Positions 30,071-39,668 are shown, numbered from the stretch's first letter. The stretch: 64,000 nucleotides of DNA from Candidatus Jacksonbacteria bacterium RIFCSPLOWO2_02_FULL_44_20 (GCA_001818155.1 MHJU01000036.1:3615-67614), one strand, 5' to 3'. The notes: a model not told the origin generated them from the sequence alone. Numbers and translations: made by a program.

Positions 30071-30107
30071 AAATAAAAATCCCCCGTAAACCGGGGGATT
30101 TTTTTGG
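30071..30107. terminator. Bidirectional rho-independent terminator
   Basis: aaaaaaaat-ATCCCCCG-taaac-CGGGGGAT-ttttttt: an 8-bp GC-rich stem flanked by an A-run and a T-run. Confidence 0.6.
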
Positions 30108-30112
30108 CCTAA

Positions 30113-30328
30113 CTAGAATCGTCTTCGTGGGCCACTCGGGCGGTTGCCTCTGCGGTCACGATGACAATTGCGGCAATAGACCGGGCGGGTTCCATCTGGT
30201 TCAAACGGGAGTTCGGTGATTGCCTCACCGCACTGTGCGCATGTCCAATTTCCTTGGAACATCTGACGTGGAGCAAAACCCTGTTGGCCATAACTTTGTT
30301 GCTGGCCGAAATCTTTTTGATCGTCCAT
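30113..30328 (-). CDS. Small zinc-ribbon protein (CxxC...CxxC) with a Q-rich N-terminus and an R-rich C-terminus.
   Basis: WTCAQCGEAITELPFEPDGTRPVYCRNCH. The terminator immediately downstream supports a real gene. GC-rich. Confidence 0.45.
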   Translation of the reverse strand: MDDQKDFGQQQSYGQQGFAPRQMFQGNWTCAQCGEAITELPFEPDGTRPVYCRNCHRDRRGNRPSGPRRRF

Positions 30329-30488
30329 TGTGATGACCTTTTGATGTACTTTGCTTGAGATAAGATGTAAAAGGTCTCCATGTTTTGCTTATAAAGCAAA
30401 CGTACGGCAGATGATTTACGAAACTACAACTCAAAACAAAATACTTACATTATGTCGTATAGAATAGCATAACAGCAAGACTGTGTCA

Positions 30489-30514
30489 ATTATGTTCATG
30501 GACTTGAACATAAT
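30489..30514. promoter_or_regulatory. Perfect 10-bp inverted repeat (ATTATGTTCA-tggact-TGAACATAAT), a candidate operator upstream of the ECF sigma promoter.
   Basis: Exact palindrome 17 bp upstream of the -35 element. Confidence 0.35.
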
Positions 30515-30530
30515 GTGTATATTATAACTA

Positions 30531-30558
30531 TTGACTTATTTTTATTTTATGGTATAGT
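30531..30558 (+). promoter_or_regulatory. Sigma70-like promoter (TTGACT, 16-nt spacer, TATAGT) upstream of the ECF sigma gene.
   Basis: ttgact at 30531-30536 and tatagt at 30553-30558; the CDS starts at 30605. Confidence 0.4.
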
Positions 30559-30604
30559 GTAAGCCACTTTAAGTAAGGAATGCCCATAAAAAACGTCATC
30601 TTTT

Positions 30605-31111
30605 ATGAAATTATCTTCAGTACGGGAGAAAAAATTCACTGATGCGTATAATTCGTATAGTGACGCTCTATTTCGGTTTTGTTTTTTCCGCATATTTGAC
30701 CGCGAACGAGCCAAAGAACTGATGCAGGAGGCTTTCACCAGAAGCTGGGATTATGTAAGGCGCGGAAATGACATCAAAAATATCCGCGCGTTTCTTTATA
30801 AAACAGCCAGACATCTTATTATTGATGAGGCGCGAAAGAAGAGCAATGCTTATAAAGAAGATATTGATACATGCGAAGAACGCCTTGCTGTACCGGCTAA
30901 ACAAGAATTAGATATAGATATCGGACTCGCTTATGACGCGCTTAAAAAACTAGATGAACCCTGCCGCGAAGCCGTTACGTTGCGCTTTGTAGAAGGTTTT
31001 TCACCTAAAGAAATCGCGGCGATGGTTGGGGAATCGGAAAACGTAGTTTCGGTTCGCATCCATCGCGGAATTCTAAAACTTCGCGCGCTTTTGCTTCACA
31101 ATGACCCATAA
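30605..31111 (+). CDS. RNA polymerase sigma-70 factor, ECF subfamily
   Basis: Region 2 (AFTRSWDYVRRGNDIKNIRAFLYKTARHLIIDEARKK) and region 4 HTH (FSPKEIAAMVGESENVVSVRIHRGILKLR). Confidence 0.8.
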   Translation: MKLSSVREKKFTDAYNSYSDALFRFCFFRIFDRERAKELMQEAFTRSWDYVRRGNDIKNIRAFLYKTARHLIIDEARKKSNAYKEDIDTCEERLAVPAKQELDIDIGLAYDALKKLDEPCREAVTLRFVEGFSPKEIAAMVGESENVVSVRIHRGILKLRALLLHNDP

Positions 31112-32597
31112 ATTTGCACAATTTTTTTTCAAATTACTTCAGGGAACTTGCCTTACCGACGCCGAACGCGCCGCTATTCGCGCTGATTTTATCGCGCACA
31201 TGCGCGCGCGCCCATATACGCAAACGCGCGCGGAAAATCCTTTACAAACAATCGCATTCTTTCTTTTCAAAAAACCCGCGGCGATTACGCTATGTCTTTC
31301 GCTTGTCGTATTTGGCGCAGGAAGCGTTGCCTACGCGTCAAACAACTCGCTTCCTGGTGAGGCGCTTTACACGATTAAAGTAAACGTTGTAGAAGAGGTC
31401 AAAAGCGCGTTTCTTTCAAAAGAAAAAAAAGCGAGGTTTGAAGTTGAACGCACAGCGCGGCGCATCCAAGAAGCAACCAAACTTGCTTCAGAGAATCGTT
31501 TAACTCCGGAAACTCTCAAATTGATGGAAACTCATTTAGAAGAACACGCGCAAACAATTTCTAAACTTACTGAAACGATCAATGCGGAGGGAAACGCAGA
31601 AATCAGCGCCGATATTCATACAGAACTCCAAGCGACGCTTGCGGCAAACAAGGAGATATTTACGGCTGTCATTCCTGAAGAAAGCATAGAGGAAACGCAA
31701 ACTCTTATTGCGGCAATTGAGACGATAGAAGATGCGGCAAAACTGGAAACAACCGAGGCGGTTATCGCGCTTGTGCAAAACGAAGATATACCAAAATACG
31801 ATCTTCAAAAAATTTCAGAAGAGACGCGAGTTTTGATAGAAGAAGAGACCGCGGCAGTGCGGCAAATGGTTGAAACCGCGCCGGAAACAAGTTCAATCGC
31901 GCGGAAATTCGCCGCGGTGCAAAAAATCACGGAAGAAGGTGAACGACGCTTGAAAGAAGGAGCTGTTCGGGAATCAGTGGCGCTTTTCCAAGAAGCGAAA
32001 ATACGCGCTAAAGAGGTAAGCGTGCTTGTTGAAACCTCCAAAGAACCGCAAATCAAAATCCAGGCAGACGAAAACGAGCCCCAAACTGCACCACCCCAAA
32101 TTACAAATGCGCCGCGTGAAACGATTGCCAAAATCCCCATTGGACAACCGGCAAGCGCTGAAATGCCGTCGCCAACCCAGGCCAAGATAGAACAGCCGCT
32201 CCCAAATACTCCGCCAAAAATAATCAGTTATCCGTCCGTACCGGTTGGCGCGCCTCAAAGCGAAATACCCTTTACATGGGAAGCTTTTGATCCGGAAAAT
32301 GACACGTTGCGATGGGAAATATGGTGGGGAGACGGGGAAAGACGAGAAAACCAAGAGGTATGCGAATCCTCGTCTTGTCCTCGTGTCAGCGCTTCGCACA
32401 CCTTTACAGATCCCGGATTATACACGGCGCGCGTGCGCGTTTATGACGGCAAAGGCGAATCTGACGGATATAGTTTTATTATAGATATCCGCGCAACCGC
32501 AGAAGAACAAACAAGCGCCCAGGAACCAGTCGCGCCCTCTGAACGCAGAGAAGGAGAGAGTATAACCCCGATACGAGAGCGAGAGCGCAGACGGTAA
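31101..32597 (+). CDS. Putative membrane-anchored anti-sigma-like protein with a long helical region and a C-terminal PKD-like domain.
   Basis: Start overlaps the sigma stop by 11 nt. One TM segment (AAITLCLSLVVFGAGSVAYA), then a long E/A/K-rich helical segment, then IPFTWEAFDPENDTLRWEIWWGDGE...SHTFTDPGLYTARVRVYDGKGESD (PKD fold signature). Confidence 0.5.
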   Translation: MTHKFAQFFFKLLQGTCLTDAERAAIRADFIAHMRARPYTQTRAENPLQTIAFFLFKKPAAITLCLSLVVFGAGSVAYASNNSLPGEALYTIKVNVVEEVKSAFLSKEKKARFEVERTARRIQEATKLASENRLTPETLKLMETHLEEHAQTISKLTETINAEGNAEISADIHTELQATLAANKEIFTAVIPEESIEETQTLIAAIETIEDAAKLETTEAVIALVQNEDIPKYDLQKISEETRVLIEEETAAVRQMVETAPETSSIARKFAAVQKITEEGERRLKEGAVRESVALFQEAKIRAKEVSVLVETSKEPQIKIQADENEPQTAPPQITNAPRETIAKIPIGQPASAEMPSPTQAKIEQPLPNTPPKIISYPSVPVGAPQSEIPFTWEAFDPENDTLRWEIWWGDGERRENQEVCESSSCPRVSASHTFTDPGLYTARVRVYDGKGESDGYSFIIDIRATAEEQTSAQEPVAPSERREGESITPIRERERRR

Positions 32598-32684
32598 GAA
32601 AACGCCGTCCGCTCCGTCATCTTTATCATCAACTAATCGTCCCTTCTTAAAGAGTTCGCTTTTTGAGCGGGGAAACAACAGTAT

Positions 32685-34295
32685 ATGCGCGCAATTAAAA
32701 AACAGGCAATCGCTTTTTTTATTGCCCTCACAGTTCTCACCATGAGCGGATACCCGCAAATCGGAAGCGCAATCATAAAGCCATCGCACGATAGTATATG
32801 GCGCTATCCAAACATCGCATCGGTATACAACAAGACATTGCAGAAAAATAATGTGCTTCGTCCGGGCGACGAGATAGAGATAACAGGAACGCGATTATAC
32901 GGCATCAACGGAAAAACGCTCGTGCATTTCGCTCGCAAAATTGACGACGCAAAACCGTGGAAGCCGGGCAATGTCCGCACACTTTCCGCAACCGCAAAAA
33001 TCGTAAACACGCAAATAATTACTCTTATCGTTCCAAAAGTTGAAGGCGCATCCCAGGGATCGCTTCGTATCACAAATTATCGCGTTATCGGACGGCTTGA
33101 ATCAAGCCCTGTTTATCCTGTACAGTGGGAGCCAATATCCCCGCCAACTCCGATTTCGCCGACATTGTCAATCACTCTTGCGGAAGATAATGCCGTAAAA
33201 GCGCCTTCCGTTCAAATTACCGGCGGAACACAAGGAGTGCAAACAATGTACCTCACGTTTAATCCAAAAGGAGAAGACGTACAGCTTCGTTTCTTAAAAT
33301 TAAATCTTGCGAACCTTTCTGCGGCTGACTCTGTGTCTTCAGTGCAACTCTATAACGCTTCCTCAACAAAAATTGCAGACGGCACTTATATTGAAAGTAC
33401 CGGCGAGGCGACATTTGGGAATGGTCAAACAACATTCTACACTTTTCCAAAAGATATATTTACTACACTCACTGTAGTAACTGATGCGCGCGGAGTTGGA
33501 AATGGCACCGCCACCGCGGACTCCGGAGACGAAATCAAGTGGACTGTTGACGCAGAAATCGCAAACGATTTTACAAACTCAATTATCGTGTTTGGCGCGG
33601 CAAGCAACATGCAGTTGCGCTATGATTCAAACAAAACAGAAAGCCAGATTCTTTTTGGAGAAGGATCATCGCAACAGGATATTATCGGCAACATCTTCCA
33701 CATCCGCCGCGCAAGAATGAAAGACCTGATCGCTCTGAAACTCGGCACAACAACGCCGGCTGACGGATCAACAACGACTTTAACAAACGGAAACGGCATA
33801 GAAATTTTCCGCTTTCAAATTTTTGCGGCGCCAAATTCAGACAACGCAAATAGCAATGGGGCGATTGATCTTACAGCGCTTGATCTCTCTTTGTACGCCT
33901 CTGGAGTTACAATCACAAACGCGAAATTTTATAGGACAGATGATGCTTCTGTTGTTATTAACGCAAACGCATCAACTACCACTGCATCGCGCATCGTATT
34001 TGATTCCACCGGAGCGTCTAAACTTACATCCCTTTCACTTATCGCTCCCGGACAAAACGCAATTTTTGCCATAACCGCAGACGTGAGCGACGCCGGTCAG
34101 GGAGATATGTTGCAGGTTTCAATTGGGAACCTCGGCGCGCAAACGACAGAAGGAATAACTGACTTATCAACTGGAGACATTGCGTGGTCTGACAATGATG
34201 ATATAATCACAGACGATCTTACTTCTTGGGTCTCATGGCAAGGCATTGCGATTACGAATGTGGCGGGGCAGACGAGGGTGTTTCCATCAACATAA
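32685..34295 (+). CDS. Secreted protein with a signal peptide and IPT/Ig-like domains.
   Basis: Signal peptide MRAIKKQAIAFFIALTVLTMSGYPQIGSA; EIEITGTRLYGINGKTLVHFA is IPT-like; T/S/N-rich beta-strand repeats. Confidence 0.5.
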   Translation: MRAIKKQAIAFFIALTVLTMSGYPQIGSAIIKPSHDSIWRYPNIASVYNKTLQKNNVLRPGDEIEITGTRLYGINGKTLVHFARKIDDAKPWKPGNVRTLSATAKIVNTQIITLIVPKVEGASQGSLRITNYRVIGRLESSPVYPVQWEPISPPTPISPTLSITLAEDNAVKAPSVQITGGTQGVQTMYLTFNPKGEDVQLRFLKLNLANLSAADSVSSVQLYNASSTKIADGTYIESTGEATFGNGQTTFYTFPKDIFTTLTVVTDARGVGNGTATADSGDEIKWTVDAEIANDFTNSIIVFGAASNMQLRYDSNKTESQILFGEGSSQQDIIGNIFHIRRARMKDLIALKLGTTTPADGSTTTLTNGNGIEIFRFQIFAAPNSDNANSNGAIDLTALDLSLYASGVTITNAKFYRTDDASVVINANASTTTASRIVFDSTGASKLTSLSLIAPGQNAIFAITADVSDAGQGDMLQVSIGNLGAQTTEGITDLSTGDIAWSDNDDIITDDLTSWVSWQGIAITNVAGQTRVFPST

Positions 34296-34325
34296 TTTTA
34301 ACAAACTAACTTTAACAGAAGCGCC

Positions 34326-37300
34326 GTGACAGCGCTCTCAAAAAAACCTATGTTATCTCACATCAAAAAATATTCCGCGGCGGCGCTTATGGCGGTTGCC
34401 GCGGTAGCGCTGTTTGCCTATACTTCTGTATACGCGCAAACAATCACCGATACTCCTACGCTTAATGTTTCCATTTCTCCCGATACGCCTCCTTCCCAAA
34501 CCTTTCTTCCATCAACAAAAAATGTTACCTTTGCTACATTCTCTTTTGCGGCTTTGAATGCTGATATACGCATAGCGAAAATCACCTTTACCTTTACCGG
34601 GACAGCTCTCACAAACACGAGCGTGAGTAATATACGCCTATGGGACGAGACCGGTTCCACACTAACTACTCCAGTTTCGTCACCTATAGATAGTAACAAC
34701 CAAGTCATCTTTTATGACTTACGCGGAGTGATTTCTAAAGACACTGTCAAAAAAATACGTCTTGTAGGAGACATCACAGAAAATCCAGGTGAGGGCACCG
34801 TTATGTTTAGTATCAACCAGCAATCTCATATTATTGCGTATAAAGGTGATACAGTAGAAAATCCCATTACACCATCTGGCACATTCCCGATTAAAGGGAA
34901 CGTGATGACGATTGTGAGCGATCCAACAACAAACAAACCCCCGGTCATCACCGGCGTCTCGGGACCGACTTCGCTTAAAGTAAACGAAACCGGCACGTGG
35001 ACGATAACAGCGAATGACCCTGAAGGCGGCGCTTTAACCTATACGATTGATTGGGGAGATTCAACTTCATTCCCAACACCCATCTCTCCACCCGCAATAC
35101 TTAATAGCGGACAAAAAGCAACCTTTACCCATTCATACGCGCAAGCTGGAACCTATACTGTTAGCTTTACCGTCACCGACGACAAAGGCGCGAGCGCGAA
35201 GTCAACCATAACAACAGCCGTTACAGACGAATTGCTACCTGACTTAAAACCAGTAAAATTAGAGATTACTAACCCTTCAAGAACTGGCAATGAAATCTGG
35301 AAAGCTGGGGATCGTTTATCAGTTGCTATTGGAATAAAAAATATCGGCTCTGCACAAACACCAACAAAAGTAAGTTATACCGTTAATTTAGGCTTTGTCC
35401 AATTAGAAAGTGAAACGCCTACTACTTTAAAACCACAAGAGGTATATGAATCTCTTCATACAGTAACCTTGCAATCTGATATCACAAAAACATTCAATGC
35501 TACTCTTACCGCAGATCAGAGCTATGCATCAACAGGATGGACACCTATTAAAGAAACAGACGAAACAAATAACGCGTTAGCCATAGTACTTATTATCGGC
35601 AAAGAAAATACCCCTCCCGTCATCACCGGCGTCTCGGGACCAACTTCGCTAAAAGTAAACGAAGAAGGAAAGTGGATTATAAATGCCAATGATCCTGAAG
35701 GAGGATTATTTACTGTCACTGCTGACTGGCAAGACGGTTCTACTCCTGAATTTCCAACAGGAACAAGCACGATTGCATTCCATCATCGTTATACCTCAAC
35801 AGGCAATTACAGCATCACCTTTACCGTAACCGACGACAAGGGCGCGAGCGCGAAGTCAACGGTAAGTGTGAATGTAATAAATATTGATGCTTCAAACGTT
35901 ATTGTCATTTCTCCCACATGGACAGATGCATGGCAAATAGGATATGAATATAATATTTTGTGGACATATCCAAAAGAACTTGCAAATAAAAAAGTTAATG
36001 TGTTTGTACTTGCCTTGCCATACCCATCTTATGAGTCTCAAGGAACAATTATTTTTCAAAAAGATGGGGTGACAGCACCCTCTCCAGATTTAGCGGGAGA
36101 AGTGATTGGAAATACGATGTGGAAGATCCCAGCAAGTATCAAAACAGGACAATATAACGTTCAAGTCCAGGTAACAGCAGTTGATACCGGCAAATTCTAT
36201 GATGATTTAAGTGATCTTTTTTCTATAGTTCAGTCACCTACTATAAACCAACCCGCCATCACCCGCATCACGCCTACCTCCGGCGCGCCCGGCACCGTGC
36301 TCACCATCTACGGCAAGAATCTCCAAGACGACTGCGGCAAGCGCGAGGAGCGCGTATGCCAGTTGACGATCTCTCTCGGCGGCTACGAAATCAAGCGCGA
36401 TCGGTTTGTGGAATTTAAGGTAACGTGGGCTCAGGATCGTATTACACTCGTGGTTCCGCCAAAGGCGCAAACAGGGGCAGTGAGGATTATGCGTGTTGAT
36501 AGCGAATACAAGGATAAGTCGTATGATATTATGGGACCGGTGTTTACGGTAGCAAATAAAATTTTTCCCGGAATAGTATGTGAAGTAAAAATTCCGGAAA
36601 ACGTAATTATCATTGACTCTTATGTAGACGTTGGACAGGGAAACAGCGCTTATTGGATTAAAAATGGCGGAACATTAAAAACAGGCGCTGGAAGTAATAA
36701 ATTTTTCATTGAAAACGGAGGTAAAAAATTTGGTGGCGGGGGCAGCCATACTGCATATGTTAAAAAAGGCGGTTCCTTTGATGGAGAAGGTGGGAGCAGT
36801 AATCTAATTTATTATGAAGAAGGGGCAAATATTACTAACCCTGGCGGCAGTTCTGAGATGAAAAAATGTGGTCAGATTACTTTTACCTCATCTTCAACAA
36901 TAACAACTCCACCCACAACCACCCAAATCCGCGACACAGCCCGAACGCTCCACGCCGATAACATAGACGCTCTCCTTGCAGAAATCAAACTACTGCGTTC
37001 TCAAGTGCGCGAACAGGAGACAAAGATTAAATACCTTGAAAAATTAACGAGCGGCGCACAGGAAATCTCTCAAAAAACAGAAGAGCAATTAAACACCTTC
37101 ATCGCCTACGGCGTTGACGAGAATACCAAACGATTAGGCACTGGAGAACGAGCGGCGGTCTTGCATTCGTTCAAGTCAGCGTTCAACAAACTTCCGGAAT
37201 CAGAAGATGAATTAAACGACGCGATCTTAATCGCAAACGGCAAATGGCCAAAAGCGCGGAGCGAAGAGGCGGAAGCGCGCGCGGAAAAAGAGTTTAAGAG

Positions 37301-37520
37301 AATCTACAAACGAGAGGCAGTTATGGACAATCAAAACGACAACGCCGCAATAACCGTGATGGCGTACGGACTGCGCCAACGAGCGGAAAACAGAAATCTG
37401 ATAAGCGAGGCGCAAGGCATCAAAACCTTCAAACACATCTACGGACACGTGCCACAAACAACTGAAGAGTGGAACCTAATGCAAGGGATTACTTATTCAG
37501 GAGCAACGGCAAAGCAGTAA
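34326..37520 (+). CDS. Large secreted surface protein of 1064 aa with two PKD domains, an IPT domain and a C-terminal coiled-coil region.
   Basis: Signal peptide, then two copies of PPVITGVSGPTSLKVNE.G.W.I.ANDPEGG...HSY...G.Y...FTVTDDKGASAKST, then IPT-like PAITRITPTSGAPGTVLTIYGKNL. A terminator follows. Confidence 0.6.
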   Translation: MTALSKKPMLSHIKKYSAAALMAVAAVALFAYTSVYAQTITDTPTLNVSISPDTPPSQTFLPSTKNVTFATFSFAALNADIRIAKITFTFTGTALTNTSVSNIRLWDETGSTLTTPVSSPIDSNNQVIFYDLRGVISKDTVKKIRLVGDITENPGEGTVMFSINQQSHIIAYKGDTVENPITPSGTFPIKGNVMTIVSDPTTNKPPVITGVSGPTSLKVNETGTWTITANDPEGGALTYTIDWGDSTSFPTPISPPAILNSGQKATFTHSYAQAGTYTVSFTVTDDKGASAKSTITTAVTDELLPDLKPVKLEITNPSRTGNEIWKAGDRLSVAIGIKNIGSAQTPTKVSYTVNLGFVQLESETPTTLKPQEVYESLHTVTLQSDITKTFNATLTADQSYASTGWTPIKETDETNNALAIVLIIGKENTPPVITGVSGPTSLKVNEEGKWIINANDPEGGLFTVTADWQDGSTPEFPTGTSTIAFHHRYTSTGNYSITFTVTDDKGASAKSTVSVNVINIDASNVIVISPTWTDAWQIGYEYNILWTYPKELANKKVNVFVLALPYPSYESQGTIIFQKDGVTAPSPDLAGEVIGNTMWKIPASIKTGQYNVQVQVTAVDTGKFYDDLSDLFSIVQSPTINQPAITRITPTSGAPGTVLTIYGKNLQDDCGKREERVCQLTISLGGYEIKRDRFVEFKVTWAQDRITLVVPPKAQTGAVRIMRVDSEYKDKSYDIMGPVFTVANKIFPGIVCEVKIPENVIIIDSYVDVGQGNSAYWIKNGGTLKTGAGSNKFFIENGGKKFGGGGSHTAYVKKGGSFDGEGGSSNLIYYEEGANITNPGGSSEMKKCGQITFTSSSTITTPPTTTQIRDTARTLHADNIDALLAEIKLLRSQVREQETKIKYLEKLTSGAQEISQKTEEQLNTFIAYGVDENTKRLGTGERAAVLHSFKSAFNKLPESEDELNDAILIANGKWPKARSEEAEARAEKEFKRIYKREAVMDNQNDNAAITVMAYGLRQRAENRNLISEAQGIKTFKHIYGHVPQTTEEWNLMQGITYSGATAKQ
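34930..35890 (+). repeat. Intragenic tandem duplication of a PKD-domain unit: two copies about 670 bp apart.
   Basis: Near-identical stretches at about 34948 and 35615 (cccggtcatcaccggcgtctcgggacc.acttcgct.aaagtaaacgaa) and at about 35165 and 35820 (tttaccgt.accgacgacaa.ggcgcgagcgcgaagtcaac). Confidence 0.6.
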
Positions 37521-37549
37521 AAATATACGTTAGTTTCTAGAGATAAATA

Positions 37550-37577
37550 AAGCCCCGACGTTTTAGCCGGGGTTTTT
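37550..37577. terminator. Rho-independent terminator between the convergent large surface gene and relE
   Basis: aaagCCCCGacgttttagcCGGGGttttt. Confidence 0.5.
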
Positions 37578-37821
37578 ATGTACTGATTTTATATGTTGCT
37601 TCACTGCGTTTTTCTAGCACTAAAATTTTAGTTAAGGTATCAGTTTTGCTAAAAATTATGCGCATATCGCCTTTTCTGATGCGAAAAATATCATCTCTGC
37701 CTTTAAGTTTTTTAATGTCATACTTTTGTGTGCGTTCTGCGCGAATATCAGCAAGAATTTGTTTAAACGTTTCCTTTTCTTTGGGACGAAGTTTTTGAAG
37801 CGCTTTTTCTATTTTATCCAT
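37576..37821 (-). CDS. RelE/ParE-family toxin
   Basis: DIKKLKGRDDIFRIRKGDMRIIFSKTDTLTKILVLEKRSEATY matches the RelE/ParE core (lkg.....yrlRvGdyRiiy......i.il.i.hR...Y). Confidence 0.65.
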   Translation of the reverse strand: MDKIEKALQKLRPKEKETFKQILADIRAERTQKYDIKKLKGRDDIFRIRKGDMRIIFSKTDTLTKILVLEKRSEATYKIST

Positions 37822-37825
37822 AACT

Positions 37826-38041
37826 CTATAAACGCGCTAACAATTCATCAATGTCCACGCCGCCTTTTTTAATTTTAGTAAAGTCAATCACCTCTTCCCA
37901 CCGATCTTCTTCAACAGGAGCTATCTTAAAAATCGGTTGAGAACGTTTAAAGACAATAAATACCTTGCCTTCCTTCACATGATTAGCGTAATAATCAATG
38001 TTCAGACGAAAATCTTTTAATTTTACAATGTCTTTGTACAT
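37826..38041 (-). CDS. Phd/YefM-like antitoxin
   Basis: 71-aa ORF 4 nt upstream of the toxin; KEGKVFIVFKRSQPIFKIAPVEE resembles the Phd/YefM core (ge.v.It.rgkpvavl.sveey). Confidence 0.45.
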   Translation of the reverse strand: MYKDIVKLKDFRLNIDYYANHVKEGKVFIVFKRSQPIFKIAPVEEDRWEEVIDFTKIKKGGVDIDELLARL

Positions 38042-38099
38042 ATAGTTAAACTTTAGTTAACTTTAAGTTAACATTGATTGTAAACACGTGTCAAGCTCC

Positions 38100-39623
38100 T
38101 CACTCCCCAACACGAAACCTATACTGCAGAGCTTCCGAGATGTGTTCGGTTTGAATATCCTGAACGCCTGCGAGATCAGCAATCGTGCGGGCGACTTTGA
38201 GAATCTTAAAATATGACCGCGGCGAAAGCGAAAAACGCGACATCGCCGCCTCAAGCAATCGTTCGCCATCCGCCGGAACGCGGCAAAACTCTCCGACCTC
38301 GCGGCTTCCCATACTGGAGTTCACAGCCGAGATTCGCGAAGGAAATCGTTCGCGCTGAATATCGCGCGCGCTTTCAATCCGCTCCAGTATAATTGCCGAC
38401 CTCTCGCCGTCATCAGTGGACGATATGTGCTTAAAAGCTACGCGAGGAACGTCAACTTGAAGATCAATGCGGTCAAGAAGCGGCCCGGAAACGCGAGATT
38501 GATATGAGCGAATAGCATTTTGCGAGCATGTACAATCTTTTTCCGGATCTCTGTAAAATCCGCAAGGGCATGGATTTTGCGCGGCAAGCAGTGTAAACCG
38601 AGCCGGGAACACGGCACGCGCCTCTGCCCGCGAAATCGTTATGAATCCATCCTCAAGCGGCTGGCGCAGATTTTCCAAAACCGCGCGCGGGAACTCTGGA
38701 AACTCATCCAAAAACAACACGCCATGATGGGCAAGTGAAATTTCTCCCGGACGCGGTATTGCTCCGCCCCCGACAAGAGAGACTCCCGAGGACGTGTGGT
38801 GCGGCGCGCGAAATGGGCGCGTGGAAATAATCGCGCGATCTTTTGGAATCATACCCGCAATTGAATAAATTTTGGTAACCTCCACAATCTCCTCATGGGT
38901 CATGCGCGGAAGAATAGTTGTGAATGTCCGCGCAAGAAGAGTTTTTCCGGCGCCCGGGGGGCCTGACATCAACACATTATGCCCTCCGGCGGACGCAATC
39001 TCAAGCGCGCGCTTTGCATGGTTTTGCCCTTTGATGAAAGCAAAATCACACTCCTGATCTCCATGTTCTCCCTTGTATTCAATCGGCACGCATGGAATAG
39101 CAACTATCTTTTCTCCGCCTGAAAGATGAAAAAACAGCTGTTTCAAATTTTTTACAGGATAAATTTCAAGCCCGGAAACCAACGCGGCTTCCTTTTTGTC
39201 TGTGTCCGGAACATAAATTCGTTTGATGCCGTGTTCGCGGGCAAAGAGCGCGGAAGGAAGCACGCCGGACGTGTGGCGGACAGTTCCGTCAAGCGCAAGT
39301 TCGCCGATAAACAGAGATTCAGAAACTTCAAGCGGATGATCCAAAGCCTGTAAAAGCCCGACCGCCATTGGAAGATCAAATGATGCGCCTTCTTTCTTAA
39401 TATCTGCCGGCGCCAAATTTACAACAATCACTCTTTGCCAAGGAAAATCAATGTCGGAATTTTTAATCGCCGAACGAATCCGCTCCTTTGATTCTCGCAC
39501 AGAGGCGTCCGGAAGCCCCACAATACTAAAACGAGGTAGATTCCCTCGCGAGATATCTACCTCAACATCAACAAGATGCGCATCCATCCCCAGAGTAAGC
39601 GCGGAGTGAATTTTTGAGAGCAT
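38100..39623 (-). CDS. comM: YifB/ComM-family Mg-chelatase-like AAA+ ATPase
   Basis: N-terminal Lon-like domain (ALTLGMDAHLVDVEVDISRGNLPRFSIVGLPDASVRESKERIRSAIKNS), Walker A GPPGAGKT, and a C-terminal Mg_chelatase domain. Confidence 0.85.
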   Translation of the reverse strand: MLSKIHSALTLGMDAHLVDVEVDISRGNLPRFSIVGLPDASVRESKERIRSAIKNSDIDFPWQRVIVVNLAPADIKKEGASFDLPMAVGLLQALDHPLEVSESLFIGELALDGTVRHTSGVLPSALFAREHGIKRIYVPDTDKKEAALVSGLEIYPVKNLKQLFFHLSGGEKIVAIPCVPIEYKGEHGDQECDFAFIKGQNHAKRALEIASAGGHNVLMSGPPGAGKTLLARTFTTILPRMTHEEIVEVTKIYSIAGMIPKDRAIISTRPFRAPHHTSSGVSLVGGGAIPRPGEISLAHHGVLFLDEFPEFPRAVLENLRQPLEDGFITISRAEARAVFPARFTLLAAQNPCPCGFYRDPEKDCTCSQNAIRSYQSRVSGPLLDRIDLQVDVPRVAFKHISSTDDGERSAIILERIESARDIQRERFPSRISAVNSSMGSREVGEFCRVPADGERLLEAAMSRFSLSPRSYFKILKVARTIADLAGVQDIQTEHISEALQYRFRVGE

Positions 39624-39668
39624 ATTGGAAAAAATTTCTAATTCTTAATCGCTGATACCTTCCAGGTT

